NCBI GenBank assembly: GCA_963752155.1 | Contig: CAVVXH010000010.1 | Coordinates: 352,001 to 416,000, forward strand | Length of the DNA: 64,000 nucleotides | Direction: 5' to 3' | Origin: an uncultured Parachlamydiaceae bacterium | GTDB lineage: Bacteria; Chlamydiota; Chlamydiia; Chlamydiales; Parachlamydiaceae | Shown here: positions 8,942 through 18,393 of the stretch, in pieces | Layout of the letters: every line of letters begins with the position of its first letter | How positions within the stretch are numbered: the stretch's first letter is position 1 | Notes under the pieces: generated by a model | Told to the model about the DNA's origin: nothing | The model's database searches: none | The model's input: only the letters and a program-made list of their open reading frames with translations | Made by a program: the position numbers and the translations under genes

Positions 8942-10753
8942 TTATTTACCCATTAATTTCCTATATTCCATTACGATTTCTTCTTTAATGTTATATGCAC
9001 CGTCCTCTTCAATAGCATTTTTTAATGAATCGAAATCAAGAAATACCCCTTCATCAGCATGATGCATGTATTTTTGTTGAATACCTAGTAAAAGATCCTC
9101 TAAATCTTTACCATAATTGTGATTAGTCATCATATTAACAATGGCATCATATTCATTTTCTATGGATTCTCGTTCTATTATTTTATTCATTTCAAAGTTA
9201 TCAAATTCATCCAAAAAGGCTGGAATTTGGTTCGGTTGCATTTTTTTTATATCATCCATCTTGTATTGTTTTAAAAATAAATCCTTGTTTACATCTCCAT
9301 ATCTAGCATTATTTACGAAATCTTTTAGTTTAGTCTCATAATAGGCTGTATAGTTATCTTTAAATTTCTTAAAGTCTAACATGAAATCACCCATTTTTTC
9401 TGATCTAACATGATTCTGGATTTTAAATTCAGAAACTGTGTCGACTTTTGTTATTGCATCTTGGATCAATTCACTTTTTTCTTCTATCAGTTGCTCTAAA
9501 AACATCTGTTCGATAGATTTTAAATTTGGATTGACTCTAATAGCATTATTGAAATCTTCATTAAATTGTGTTTCCAGATTTTCGATTCTGTTTCTTTCTT
9601 CCATTGCGAATTCTTCATTATTTTTTCTTATGTTATCTTGTTTGATGGCTTTGAATTCATTAAACCCATCAATAAATGATTCGAATTCTTTTAAAATTTT
9701 TTGTTGTTCTTCAGTGTTTTTTCCGTAAAACTGATTTTTAAAGATGTTTACGAAGGTTTGTTCGTTTCGATCAGATTTAAATATATTGAGATATAGCTCT
9801 TTAAAATTTTCTCCATTATGGATTTGATTCCTAGTAACATAGTTGTTAAGATCATCGTGATCATTGATATCATTTGGATCCATATCTTTGATTATTTTTG
9901 GATGTAAGTCTGTAATTGCTTTTTCAAGGTCCGCTATTGCTTTTTTCTCCGTATCACTTATTTCTACTTCTGTCTGTTCAGTATAATCGAGATTTAAATT
10001 AGCGAGTTCTTCAGCTTTGGTTTTGATCTGTTCAAAAACTTTTTCGATATTTTTTCCTATATTCTCAGGAGGAGTTTCGGGTTGAAAATCAAGATTTTCT
10101 TCATTTGGAGTTTGAATTGGGGGATGAATGTTTTCCTCTTCAGAGGCCACTTCATGAGTAAGATTTTCAACGAATTGAGTCATTCTTTTGTTTTCTGTCG
10201 TATTTGCAGTGTCGGTAGGTAGTTTGATTTCTTGAGTTTTAGGTTTGATTTCTTGAATTTTATTATCTATTTTCGATATCAACTTATCGATTTTAACTAT
10301 TTTAGCATCTGAATCGGTTATTCCTTTAGCAGAGTTGAGTTTAGCTCTGAAATTATCTAACTTATTTATATCAGTAGATTTATTGATTTCTTTATTGATT
10401 GTTTGGCTAAGAGTGTATGAATTAGTAATAAACAATATACATTTTTTGAAAAAAGAAGATTTGGTATTTAAAATATCTCGAACTGTAATTTTTCCAAGTT
10501 CAGAATTTTTTAAATCTTTTTTCTCAGCTCGCGGCATGCTCTTTACAATTGTTTGTGCAACTGTTAATGAACCAATTTTAGACTCGATATTTGATGTTTT
10601 TGGTGTATGCTTTGAGTATGTGTTTTCATTTGTAATGTCTTTGTTAGCTTTGTTATCAAGATCTTTTTGTAAATTTTCGCTGCTTTTATTATGAGATGCG
10701 TATATTGATGAAGAAGGGATGAGATTTCTGGAAAACTTTAATGTTTCACTCAT
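8942..10753 (-). CDS. Hypothetical AT-rich coiled-coil protein, possible secreted effector
   Basis: 603-aa ORF with GGAGGT RBS; Ser/Asn/Lys-rich N-terminus; no recognised domain. Confidence 0.75.
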   Translation of the reverse strand: MSETLKFSRNLIPSSSIYASHNKSSENLQKDLDNKANKDITNENTYSKHTPKTSNIESKIGSLTVAQTIVKSMPRAEKKDLKNSELGKITVRDILNTKSSFFKKCILFITNSYTLSQTINKEINKSTDINKLDNFRAKLNSAKGITDSDAKIVKIDKLISKIDNKIQEIKPKTQEIKLPTDTANTTENKRMTQFVENLTHEVASEEENIHPPIQTPNEENLDFQPETPPENIGKNIEKVFEQIKTKAEELANLNLDYTEQTEVEISDTEKKAIADLEKAITDLHPKIIKDMDPNDINDHDDLNNYVTRNQIHNGENFKELYLNIFKSDRNEQTFVNIFKNQFYGKNTEEQQKILKEFESFIDGFNEFKAIKQDNIRKNNEEFAMEERNRIENLETQFNEDFNNAIRVNPNLKSIEQMFLEQLIEEKSELIQDAITKVDTVSEFKIQNHVRSEKMGDFMLDFKKFKDNYTAYYETKLKDFVNNARYGDVNKDLFLKQYKMDDIKKMQPNQIPAFLDEFDNFEMNKIIERESIENEYDAIVNMMTNHNYGKDLEDLLLGIQQKYMHHADEGVFLDFDSLKNAIEEDGAYNIKEEIVMEYRKLMGK

Positions 10754-11057
10754 ACGACACCTCCATTCGAAAAAGAAATATGTTTTATTTTTATTATATC
10801 ATGTTTTATTTATTTATTAGCGTTTTTTTAACAATTTTTATTAATCATCTTCATAATGGGAAAAGAAAGGGAATGAAATTGCTAAAATAGAACCTGCAAT
10901 TGAATTTTGTTTAAGATTTATTGCACTTGAGCATCTTGAACAGGAAGTTCTGAGAGCCTCAAAAAATGTTCTTAGAGAAACATTTTTTAACCAACCTTAA
11001 GGAAAAGCAAAAAGATAAATATTTTACACCTCCTTCTATAGAAGTAAACTAAATCGC

Positions 11058-12035
11058 TTAAATAAACTCATCTCCCCATTCAGACTTACGAGCTTGCTTA
11101 TAGATTTCCGGCGACCGCTTAGAAATTGTTTTTTGCATAAGTCCTTCTTTTGTGCAAAGAGATAATATCACATGACCAGATCGTTTAATAGGATGGCGAA
11201 GGATGCGCGATTCTGTTTGTGAACAAGGTGTCTTGGAGACGACAATATAGGAATACTTTTCATCTTCATGACCCAAAGCTCCACCTTTTAGCCGACGATG
11301 TAAAGATGAACGTTCGATTCTTTTCGAAAAATGACACCAATCGCCCTCCGGCATCGGGCACGCTAAAGCATGTGGACAGGGGGCCACAACGTTTGCTCCC
11401 AATTCAATAAGCTGACTGCGCATGGTTCGTATGTTGGCAAAGCCGGCGGGTGTTCCCGGTTCGACGATGACTAAAAACTGCTTCGTTAATTGCCAGGCGG
11501 CATTAATCAGAGGAGATAAAGATGCAGGAGGAAGCTCTCCTGCAGAATAGGAAAGAACGACCAAATCGTGCAATTCAGCGACACGAAGCTGTTCCATATT
11601 TTGAGATGTCCACTTTGCTCGTTGTAATGGTTCTGATTCGCCAGCTGAAGCTAAACGTTTGCCCAAGGCAATCAAGGATGAATCTTTTTCGATCAAGGTG
11701 GCGTCAACAAGTGTGGGAAAGGCTGAACATGCTGCCCATAGAGCTGTCCCAGGACCGGCCCCTAAATCTAGCAAACTTTCAATGGAGGAGAGGTCGTTTA
11801 GCTGAATGCGTCTTTGTAGTTCATCTAAAATAGAATGTAACACCGCATAAGTAGCAGGCATCCTTGCGATGATATATGCACATCGCTCAGCATCTGTTGC
11901 CATAAAAGTCTTTGGCTTTGATAGGGTTTGCTGATAGCGCTCTGTTAGCTCTTCTCGTGCTTGGAGAATATCGTGCCAATGATACTTTTCGGCTTCTAAA
12001 GCGATCGCTTCTTGTAGTTTTTCTGGTAAATGCAT
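11058..12035 (-). CDS. Rsm22-like SAM-dependent rRNA methyltransferase
   Basis: AYIIARMPATYA, LLDLGAGPGT, VEPGTPAGF, APCPH...CP...WCHF and EDEKYSY. Confidence 0.85.
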   Translation of the reverse strand: MHLPEKLQEAIALEAEKYHWHDILQAREELTERYQQTLSKPKTFMATDAERCAYIIARMPATYAVLHSILDELQRRIQLNDLSSIESLLDLGAGPGTALWAACSAFPTLVDATLIEKDSSLIALGKRLASAGESEPLQRAKWTSQNMEQLRVAELHDLVVLSYSAGELPPASLSPLINAAWQLTKQFLVIVEPGTPAGFANIRTMRSQLIELGANVVAPCPHALACPMPEGDWCHFSKRIERSSLHRRLKGGALGHEDEKYSYIVVSKTPCSQTESRILRHPIKRSGHVILSLCTKEGLMQKTISKRSPEIYKQARKSEWGDEFI

Positions 12036-12043
12036 AATTAACC

Positions 12044-12835
12044 TTATAAGCTGTTTTTTTGATCTCGTTTTTCGAAAATCTGTAGCCAACGTTCCATCTC
12101 TGAAAAAGTAGGATCATTTTCCGTAGCCGGTTCGTTGAAAGGATTCGTAGGTTTTTTTGGAGGCTTTTTTAACTTCATTTCTTTCTTTTGCGATTGACTC
12201 TTTTCTTTTACCCCAAAGGCCTTTTCGTCAGCAGCTTGAAAGTGTGAAAGATAGAAATCAAAACTGCCGGGAACATTTGTTGGATCCTCCTTTGGAGGCA
12301 TTGGAAGTGGAAGGAGTTTAATTTGCGGTTGTTTTACAGGTTTAGATTTTGCAATAATAGGTGATTCAGGAGATTTAGGTTTGATGAGGTTTGGAGTTTC
12401 TTTATGTATTTTTTCTTTCTCCAAAGGTTTAGCTTTTTTCTGATTTTTGTAACGCCGATGGAGCCAATTCATAAAATGATCGATCCCTTGAGCGCTGGCA
12501 TGCTGATGGCGAGCACGCATAGCTAATTCCCTATCATTTGTAACGATGATTTTTTTGGTGGGGTCTCTCGATTCCTTAAGCAGTTGAATGATATAATCGT
12601 CAGCGGAAACACCTTCAGGAGTATACAAAATTTCTAAATGTCCATAATGAGAGCGAGAACCTTCACCAGGGTTAAGGGGGGAGTCAAATACAAGTGAAAG
12701 ATCAAAATCTAAGGCTAAAGACTCAATTTTAGTATTGAGATTTTGGATGATCCATTCTCGCTGAGCTCTTAAGTCCCCGACCCTGGAGCCAACGAGATAA
12801 AAGAGGAGATTGTACCCATCGATATAATAATGCAT
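12044..12835 (-). CDS. NYN-domain (YacP-like) PIN-fold nuclease
   Basis: YYIDGYNLL, LVFD, SADDYI and IVTNDREL. Confidence 0.85.
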   Translation of the reverse strand: MHYYIDGYNLLFYLVGSRVGDLRAQREWIIQNLNTKIESLALDFDLSLVFDSPLNPGEGSRSHYGHLEILYTPEGVSADDYIIQLLKESRDPTKKIIVTNDRELAMRARHQHASAQGIDHFMNWLHRRYKNQKKAKPLEKEKIHKETPNLIKPKSPESPIIAKSKPVKQPQIKLLPLPMPPKEDPTNVPGSFDFYLSHFQAADEKAFGVKEKSQSQKKEMKLKKPPKKPTNPFNEPATENDPTFSEMERWLQIFEKRDQKNSL

Positions 12836-12839
12836 GCAA

Positions 12840-13451
12840 CTAGGATGAACTAGAAGTTTGCATGGCTTCTAGAAATGGGAGTAGCTTTTGAAAAGCTTTC
12901 ATGCGGTGAGAGATTTGATTTTTAACAGATTCCTCAAGCTCTGCAAAAGTTTTATTATATTCGTTTTTCATAAAGATGGAATCATAGCCGAAGCCATTTC
13001 TTCCACGCTCTTCCATCGTGATATACCCTTCACATCGACCTGTGACGTACTTTTTTACTCCAGCTCCCGGTGCAGCTATCACTAGGCAGCATTCATAATA
13101 AGCTGAACGCTTGATTTCGCTCATCTCTTGTAATTCGCGAAGAAGTTTTTGCCTATTTTCGGAATCTGTTGGATTCTCAGATGCATAACGCCTAGAATGA
13201 ACTCCTGGGGCTCCATTTAATATCGGAACAAAAAGTCCCGAATCATCCGCTAAAGTCCATTTGTTAAGGACTTGTGAAGCATGGACAGCCTTTAAAGTAG
13301 CATTTTCAATTAAAGTGTTGCCTGTCTCTTCAATGGCAACATAATTTGGAAAATGCTTTAGTGATAAAAAATCGATATTTTTAAGCAATTTGCACATTTC
13401 GCGAAATTCGCGAATTTTATGCAAATTGCTGCTAGCGATGACAATTTCCAT
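12840..13451 (-). CDS. rdgB: Non-canonical purine NTP pyrophosphatase (RdgB/HAM1)
   Basis: ASSNLHKIRE, ADDSGL, GAPGVHS, GFGYDSIF and SHR. Confidence 0.95.
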   Translation of the reverse strand: MEIVIASSNLHKIREFREMCKLLKNIDFLSLKHFPNYVAIEETGNTLIENATLKAVHASQVLNKWTLADDSGLFVPILNGAPGVHSRRYASENPTDSENRQKLLRELQEMSEIKRSAYYECCLVIAAPGAGVKKYVTGRCEGYITMEERGRNGFGYDSIFMKNEYNKTFAELEESVKNQISHRMKAFQKLLPFLEAMQTSSSS

Positions 13452-13463
13452 ACACCCATACCC

Positions 13464-15644
13464 TTATTCGTCAAAAACATTTTTTAGAGAGACAATCGTG
13501 TATTCTTCATCTCGGAAATTGAATTTTTCATCTTTTTTTAATCCAAGCATCGATTGAACAAGCTTTGATTGAAGTGAAACAATGTTTTTTTCAGTATCGG
13601 CATCCCAGGGACCTAAAATTGTGTAAACGATTGAAGCTTCTTTGCCATCTTGTCGAATTTCAACAATGCTTCCAATGCTGACTTCATCTATTTGAATATC
13701 ATTTTTGGTGATAATGCGGGCATGAGATAACTGTTCGGAAAGTTGTTTTAGCTCCATTTGAAGACGAGAACGTTTTTCTAGAGAAAATTTGTACTCGGAA
13801 TTTTCACGCAAGTCTCCCAAAGCCCTTGCAGCTTCGATTTCACGAGCATTAGCCACCATTTCTGTCGTTCCAAGGTGGCGCACACGTTCTTGCATGTTCA
13901 AGAAACTTTCTTCTGTGGTCCAAATTGTTTGGGAATCACTATGAACATGCCTTTTCTGCGATTTTTCTTTCGCTAACGTAGGATGCACGACAGCAGCCAG
14001 TGAGACCAAAATTTTTTGTTCTGATTCCGTAAAAATCTGACATTTTGAAGCTAGAAGCAAGAATTCGTGAGCAAAATCCAAGCTTGATTTCTCTAACATT
14101 TGGCGCACTAGCGCATAACGTTTACTAGAGATCAATGAATAAATTTTTTTGCAAAGATCTCGTGATTCAGGTTTAAATTCCAGCACATGTAATAAAATAA
14201 GAAGCCCTTCAAACCATTTAAGAACACCCTCTTGAGTGCCAAATGGATATTCCAGACCTTCTTTACTTAGAAGCAGTTGGAAGTACCAGATGAACATTTC
14301 AGGACTTTTTTGAGGAGCTTTTAGCAAAAGCTGAAGCTGTTGCTTAAGTGCCTCAGGATCCTCCTGATTGAGCTCTTTGCAAAGATAATCACGTAAAGAG
14401 TTTTGTTTGTTGGAGAATAGGATCTGGAGGAAGATCTCTTTCCAATCGGCTCTGTGGCTACGTACAAGTTGGAATACTTGCTTTTTAAGAGATTGCAGAT
14501 CGATGGCATCGATGATGGCTTCAAAATTAAGGTTGCTTTGAATGAGCTTCTCGAGTGTTTTTTCAGGAAATTTATGTCCAAGGTAATTTTCTAAAAAGAT
14601 ATGGACTTGCAAGGCTTGTCCTTCATTCAAGGTCGTGTTGGATTGGTCAGCGAGTAGTAACAAGAATTTCTCGAGCAATAATTTTTTTATTTTTTCCCCT
14701 TTTAACACCGCAGGAAAATCTCGGACAAAAATAAAACATGTGGAGATGAAATCTGCCGGTTCTGTTTTAGTTTCTAGCAGTTTAAGAAAGCGATCTTCGT
14801 GGCTGACTTCATTTTTGCGTAGGGAAAACTGATCGCGTACACTTTTTGGAACTTCGATCATCGTGTCTTTCTTGAGCTTTGAGCGAACAGTTTGCCACCA
14901 TTTAGCCCAATCAGCTTCCGGTATGACAAGATCACAAAGTTCATCCTTAATTTCTGAAGAAGTCTTGGGTCCAAGATCTTGGAGTAGAAGTTTCATGACA
15001 GCTAGAGGATTCGCTTTGGCTTCGGCTTCTAAGTTATCTGCATTTCCAAAACGGCGTGAGAGGAAATGTTCATCAGGGAGGGGAACGAGAGCTTTAAAAG
15101 CATTAGCGAGGGAAAGGTGTTTTCGTCCAGAAACATTTTCAAATTCGATAGTGACTTGTTCTCGCAAAAAAGAAATGTCAATGATTTCGCCGGTTCCCCA
15201 TCCTCCGCCATGGAACACAAATTTTCCTGGGGCCATATGAGCTAATAGATCATAATTTGCAAGGGCACCTTGAAAATTTTCATTGGTGCGCATACCTACA
15301 AGGCGTAAGCGTTCCTCATAGTGAGGATCATTGCCATATTTTTGCTGAAGTAAGTTAGAGGTAATAGTATAGAGACGCGGTGAGTTAGTGAGCTGTAGGT
15401 CGATGAGTTGTTTCATGATCAGATAGGAGTCTTCCTTGTTGGAAATCGTTTCCCACATAGGAAGCGCAGTTTCAACAATTTCTCCAAATCGTTTGGCTAG
15501 CTCTGAATTTTTAATCATCATTAAGAGCTGACTTAATTCTTGTACATCTACTTGATCATTTGTACAGTATTCTTCCCAAAGCTGTAGAAATTTTGGAAAA
15601 TCTCGCCGATTGATTTGTATTTGAAAATCTTCTAAATATCCCAT
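13464..15644 (-). CDS. greA: Transcription elongation factor GreA, long chlamydial form
   Basis: C-terminal ARALGDLRENSEY and ILGPWDAD; about 570-aa N-terminal extension typical of Chlamydiae. Confidence 0.93.
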   Translation of the reverse strand: MGYLEDFQIQINRRDFPKFLQLWEEYCTNDQVDVQELSQLLMMIKNSELAKRFGEIVETALPMWETISNKEDSYLIMKQLIDLQLTNSPRLYTITSNLLQQKYGNDPHYEERLRLVGMRTNENFQGALANYDLLAHMAPGKFVFHGGGWGTGEIIDISFLREQVTIEFENVSGRKHLSLANAFKALVPLPDEHFLSRRFGNADNLEAEAKANPLAVMKLLLQDLGPKTSSEIKDELCDLVIPEADWAKWWQTVRSKLKKDTMIEVPKSVRDQFSLRKNEVSHEDRFLKLLETKTEPADFISTCFIFVRDFPAVLKGEKIKKLLLEKFLLLLADQSNTTLNEGQALQVHIFLENYLGHKFPEKTLEKLIQSNLNFEAIIDAIDLQSLKKQVFQLVRSHRADWKEIFLQILFSNKQNSLRDYLCKELNQEDPEALKQQLQLLLKAPQKSPEMFIWYFQLLLSKEGLEYPFGTQEGVLKWFEGLLILLHVLEFKPESRDLCKKIYSLISSKRYALVRQMLEKSSLDFAHEFLLLASKCQIFTESEQKILVSLAAVVHPTLAKEKSQKRHVHSDSQTIWTTEESFLNMQERVRHLGTTEMVANAREIEAARALGDLRENSEYKFSLEKRSRLQMELKQLSEQLSHARIITKNDIQIDEVSIGSIVEIRQDGKEASIVYTILGPWDADTEKNIVSLQSKLVQSMLGLKKDEKFNFRDEEYTIVSLKNVFDE

Positions 15645-15886
15645 TCATCCGCCTTTATTAATGCTTTTCACAAAATAAGAAAAAATTTACTCTCAGAAGA
15701 ATTGTAGAGTAATTGGTTATCCTCTTGATCAATATGTCTTGAGCCGTTTCGTAAGTCAGAGAGATGGAGATTTTACACTGCATTCGTTCCTAATTGGCTA
15801 GACGCTAATAATGAATGGAGAAGGGCTAACCAGTTATTAGCGTAACAGGTAGAGCCATTGTTTACAACAAATAAGGAGAATGGGAA

Positions 15887-16426
15887 ATGTTTTTTTCAAG
15901 GATTGCCATTTTATGTCTATCAATTGTGATAGGTGGTTTTATTTTGGTAGGTAGTCTAGAAGCAGGTGAAAGCAAGTTAAAGTTAAAGAAAGCTTCGGTT
16001 TTTTTGAATCCTACTCAAGGGAATAGAGTCTTTGGGATCGTGACTTTTGAGGAGGTTGAAGGGGGAGGGGTTCAAATTGTAGGTAATGTGGAAGGATTAA
16101 CACCGGGAAAACACGGATTTCATATTCATGAATTTGGCGATTGCAGTGCTCCGGATGGTTCTTCAACAGGAGGGCACTATAATCCTAATGGGCATTTTCA
16201 TGGGAGTCCGGACCATGCTGAGAGGCACATGGGAGATTTAGGAAATATTGTTGCGGATGATACAGGTCATGGCCATTATGAGCGTTTAGATAAGGTGATC
16301 CAATTGTCAGGGGCCCATTCGGTTATTGGGAGGTCGCTGGTGGTGCACTCTAACGCTGACGATTACACTACGCAGCCTACGGGTAATTCTGGAGGAAGGG
16401 TGGCTTGTGGAGTGATTCTGGAATAG
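15887..16426 (+). CDS. sodC: Cu/Zn superoxide dismutase, exported
   Basis: Signal peptide; HGFHIHE, GGHYNP, HMGDLGN, VVH and GNSGGRVACGVI. Confidence 0.96.
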   Translation: MFFSRIAILCLSIVIGGFILVGSLEAGESKLKLKKASVFLNPTQGNRVFGIVTFEEVEGGGVQIVGNVEGLTPGKHGFHIHEFGDCSAPDGSSTGGHYNPNGHFHGSPDHAERHMGDLGNIVADDTGHGHYERLDKVIQLSGAHSVIGRSLVVHSNADDYTTQPTGNSGGRVACGVILE

Positions 16427-16428
16427 GT

Positions 16429-16800
16429 AAGGACAGCAAGGACAGCAAGGACAGCAAGGACAGCAAGGACGGCAAGGACGGCAAGGACAGCAAGGACAGC
16501 AAGGACAGCAAGGACAGCAAGGACGACAAGGACAGCAAGGACAGCAAGGACAACAAGGACAGCAAGGACAGCAAGGACAGCAAGGACAGCAAGGACAGCA
16601 AGGACAGCAAGGACAGCAAGGACAGCAAGGACAGCAAGGACAGCAAGGACAGCAAGGACAGCAAGGACAGCAAGGACAGCAAGGACAGCAAGGACGGCAA
16701 GGTAGCTATAATACGTTATCTTGGTAAGTTAGTCCTTGCTTTGTCGTCCTTGTTGTCCTTGTCGTCCTTGCTGTCCTTTCGTCCTTGTTGTCCCTTGCTT
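16429..16800. repeat. Family D: 30 tandem copies of AAGGACAGC (16429-16698), followed by about 7 inverted units (about 16732-16800)
   Basis: Direct reading; lies between the convergent sodC and der genes. Confidence 0.95.
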
Positions 16801-18272
16801 TAAGATTCCTCTTCAGAGTATTCTATTTCTGAAAAATCCTCTTCCTCAATAAATTCTTCATTCTCTTCATCCACCCCTTCAGGTTCTCTTTTTGCATGAG
16901 GATGTTCCCGTTTGGAAGGACCTTCCAGGCCTGGATCATGACATTCCCTTTCAGATCTTTGTTTGATTTTACCTTTCATTTGGATGATAAGAGGGACACC
17001 TAAAAATCCATACGCTTCTCTAAATTGATTGTAGAGATATTTCTTATAGCTTTCCGTCATTAACAGGGGGGAATTGACAAAGAGAACAAACTTTGGAGGC
17101 TGTATAGCCACTTGAGCCATATAGTAAATGCGCAGTCGTTTGCCTTTAAGCATCGGAGGATGATTGCGTTGCATCGCATCGGCAACAAATTTGTTCAGTT
17201 GATGTGTGGTGATTCTCACTTGAGAATCCGCATGCACCTTATTGACGATTTCAAAGATCTTGTCCACATTTCGACCTGTCAAGGCCGACATAAATAATTT
17301 CGGACAATGTTTAAGAAAATTGACTTCTTCCTCAATGCCTTTGAGGCAATGTTCCATTCGGAATCCTTTGACCAGATCCCATTTATTGAAAAGTAAAATA
17401 CATCCTTTTCCGGCATCTTCAATATCATTTGCGATTCTTTTTTCTTGTGCTGTCATTCCTTGCTGAGCATCGAGCATGAGTAGACAAACATCAGCACGTT
17501 CGATAGCTCTTTCAGTACGGATAGCAGCAAATTTATCTACCACTTCATGTTCTGCGTGTTTGCGTCGAATCCCGGCAGTGTCAATGAGCGTATAGTCTAC
17601 TCCTTCATGTGAAAAGGGGATATCGACACTATCTCTTGTTGTTCCTGGGAATGGACTAACGATACATCTTTCATCATCCAAAAGATAATTCACCAAAGAA
17701 GACTTCCCAACATTCGGTCTGCCAACAATCGATAGCTTGATCGTATGATCAATAGGACCTTCCAGGCCCGTAGGTTTATAGTCTTGAAATGCAGCCTCAA
17801 GTAATTCAGCAATATGCCATCCTTGCGTTGCAGAGACTGCAACTATGGGGTTAATGCCAAGTTGTTGGAATTGGTACATTAAGTGTTCTTTCGAGAGCTC
17901 ATCCACTTTATTAACAGCTAAAGTAATTGGTTTTTTCGTCTTCATCAGAATTCGAGCAATTTCGATGTCAAGGGTAGTCACCCCAGTTGTAGAATCGACA
18001 ACCATAATTAAAACATCAGCCTCTTCAATGGCGATTTCAGCTTGCCGTTTGATCTCTTCATTAAAAAGAGCTTTGGAATGGGCATTAATTCCCCCGGTAT
18101 CAATCACTTGAAAAGCGAGACCAAAGAGATCTGCTGAGGCATAAAGTCGATCGCGGGTAACCCCTTCGGCTTCATCGACAATAGCAATTTTTTTTTTACA
18201 AATGCGATTAAATAGGGCTGATTTACCCACATTAGGACGACCAACGATGGCTAATTTCGGTAATTTTGACAT
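16800..18272 (-). CDS. der: Ribosome biogenesis GTPase Der
   Basis: Two GRPNVGKS P-loops, DTGG and DTAG, NKVD and NKWD, KH-like C-terminal domain. Confidence 0.97.
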   Translation of the reverse strand: MSKLPKLAIVGRPNVGKSALFNRICKKKIAIVDEAEGVTRDRLYASADLFGLAFQVIDTGGINAHSKALFNEEIKRQAEIAIEEADVLIMVVDSTTGVTTLDIEIARILMKTKKPITLAVNKVDELSKEHLMYQFQQLGINPIVAVSATQGWHIAELLEAAFQDYKPTGLEGPIDHTIKLSIVGRPNVGKSSLVNYLLDDERCIVSPFPGTTRDSVDIPFSHEGVDYTLIDTAGIRRKHAEHEVVDKFAAIRTERAIERADVCLLMLDAQQGMTAQEKRIANDIEDAGKGCILLFNKWDLVKGFRMEHCLKGIEEEVNFLKHCPKLFMSALTGRNVDKIFEIVNKVHADSQVRITTHQLNKFVADAMQRNHPPMLKGKRLRIYYMAQVAIQPPKFVLFVNSPLLMTESYKKYLYNQFREAYGFLGVPLIIQMKGKIKQRSERECHDPGLEGPSKREHPHAKREPEGVDEENEEFIEEEDFSEIEYSEEES

Positions 18273-18393
18273 AAACAATGACTTTGATTAATGAGTAATT
18301 GAAGTTCAACACTTGCTAAATATTGATAAAACCACTATACTACATTTAGATGTTATTGTCTTTATCTTTTTTCAGCCCCCTGAATTTATAATT

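Noticed and set aside
10860..11000. Short open frame NEIAKIEPAIEF...FFNQP*
   Set aside because: No clear start or recognisable family; at most a gene remnant.
13464..15644. Unusually long GreA as a novel fusion
   Set aside because: The long form is the normal chlamydial GreA.
16429..16698. Possible CRISPR array
   Set aside because: Contiguous 9-bp units with no unique spacers, and no cas genes in the window.
16377..16803. ORFs encoding (DSK)n and (LLS)n
   Set aside because: They are translations of the stop-free 9-bp tandem repeat, overlap sodC and have no RBS.
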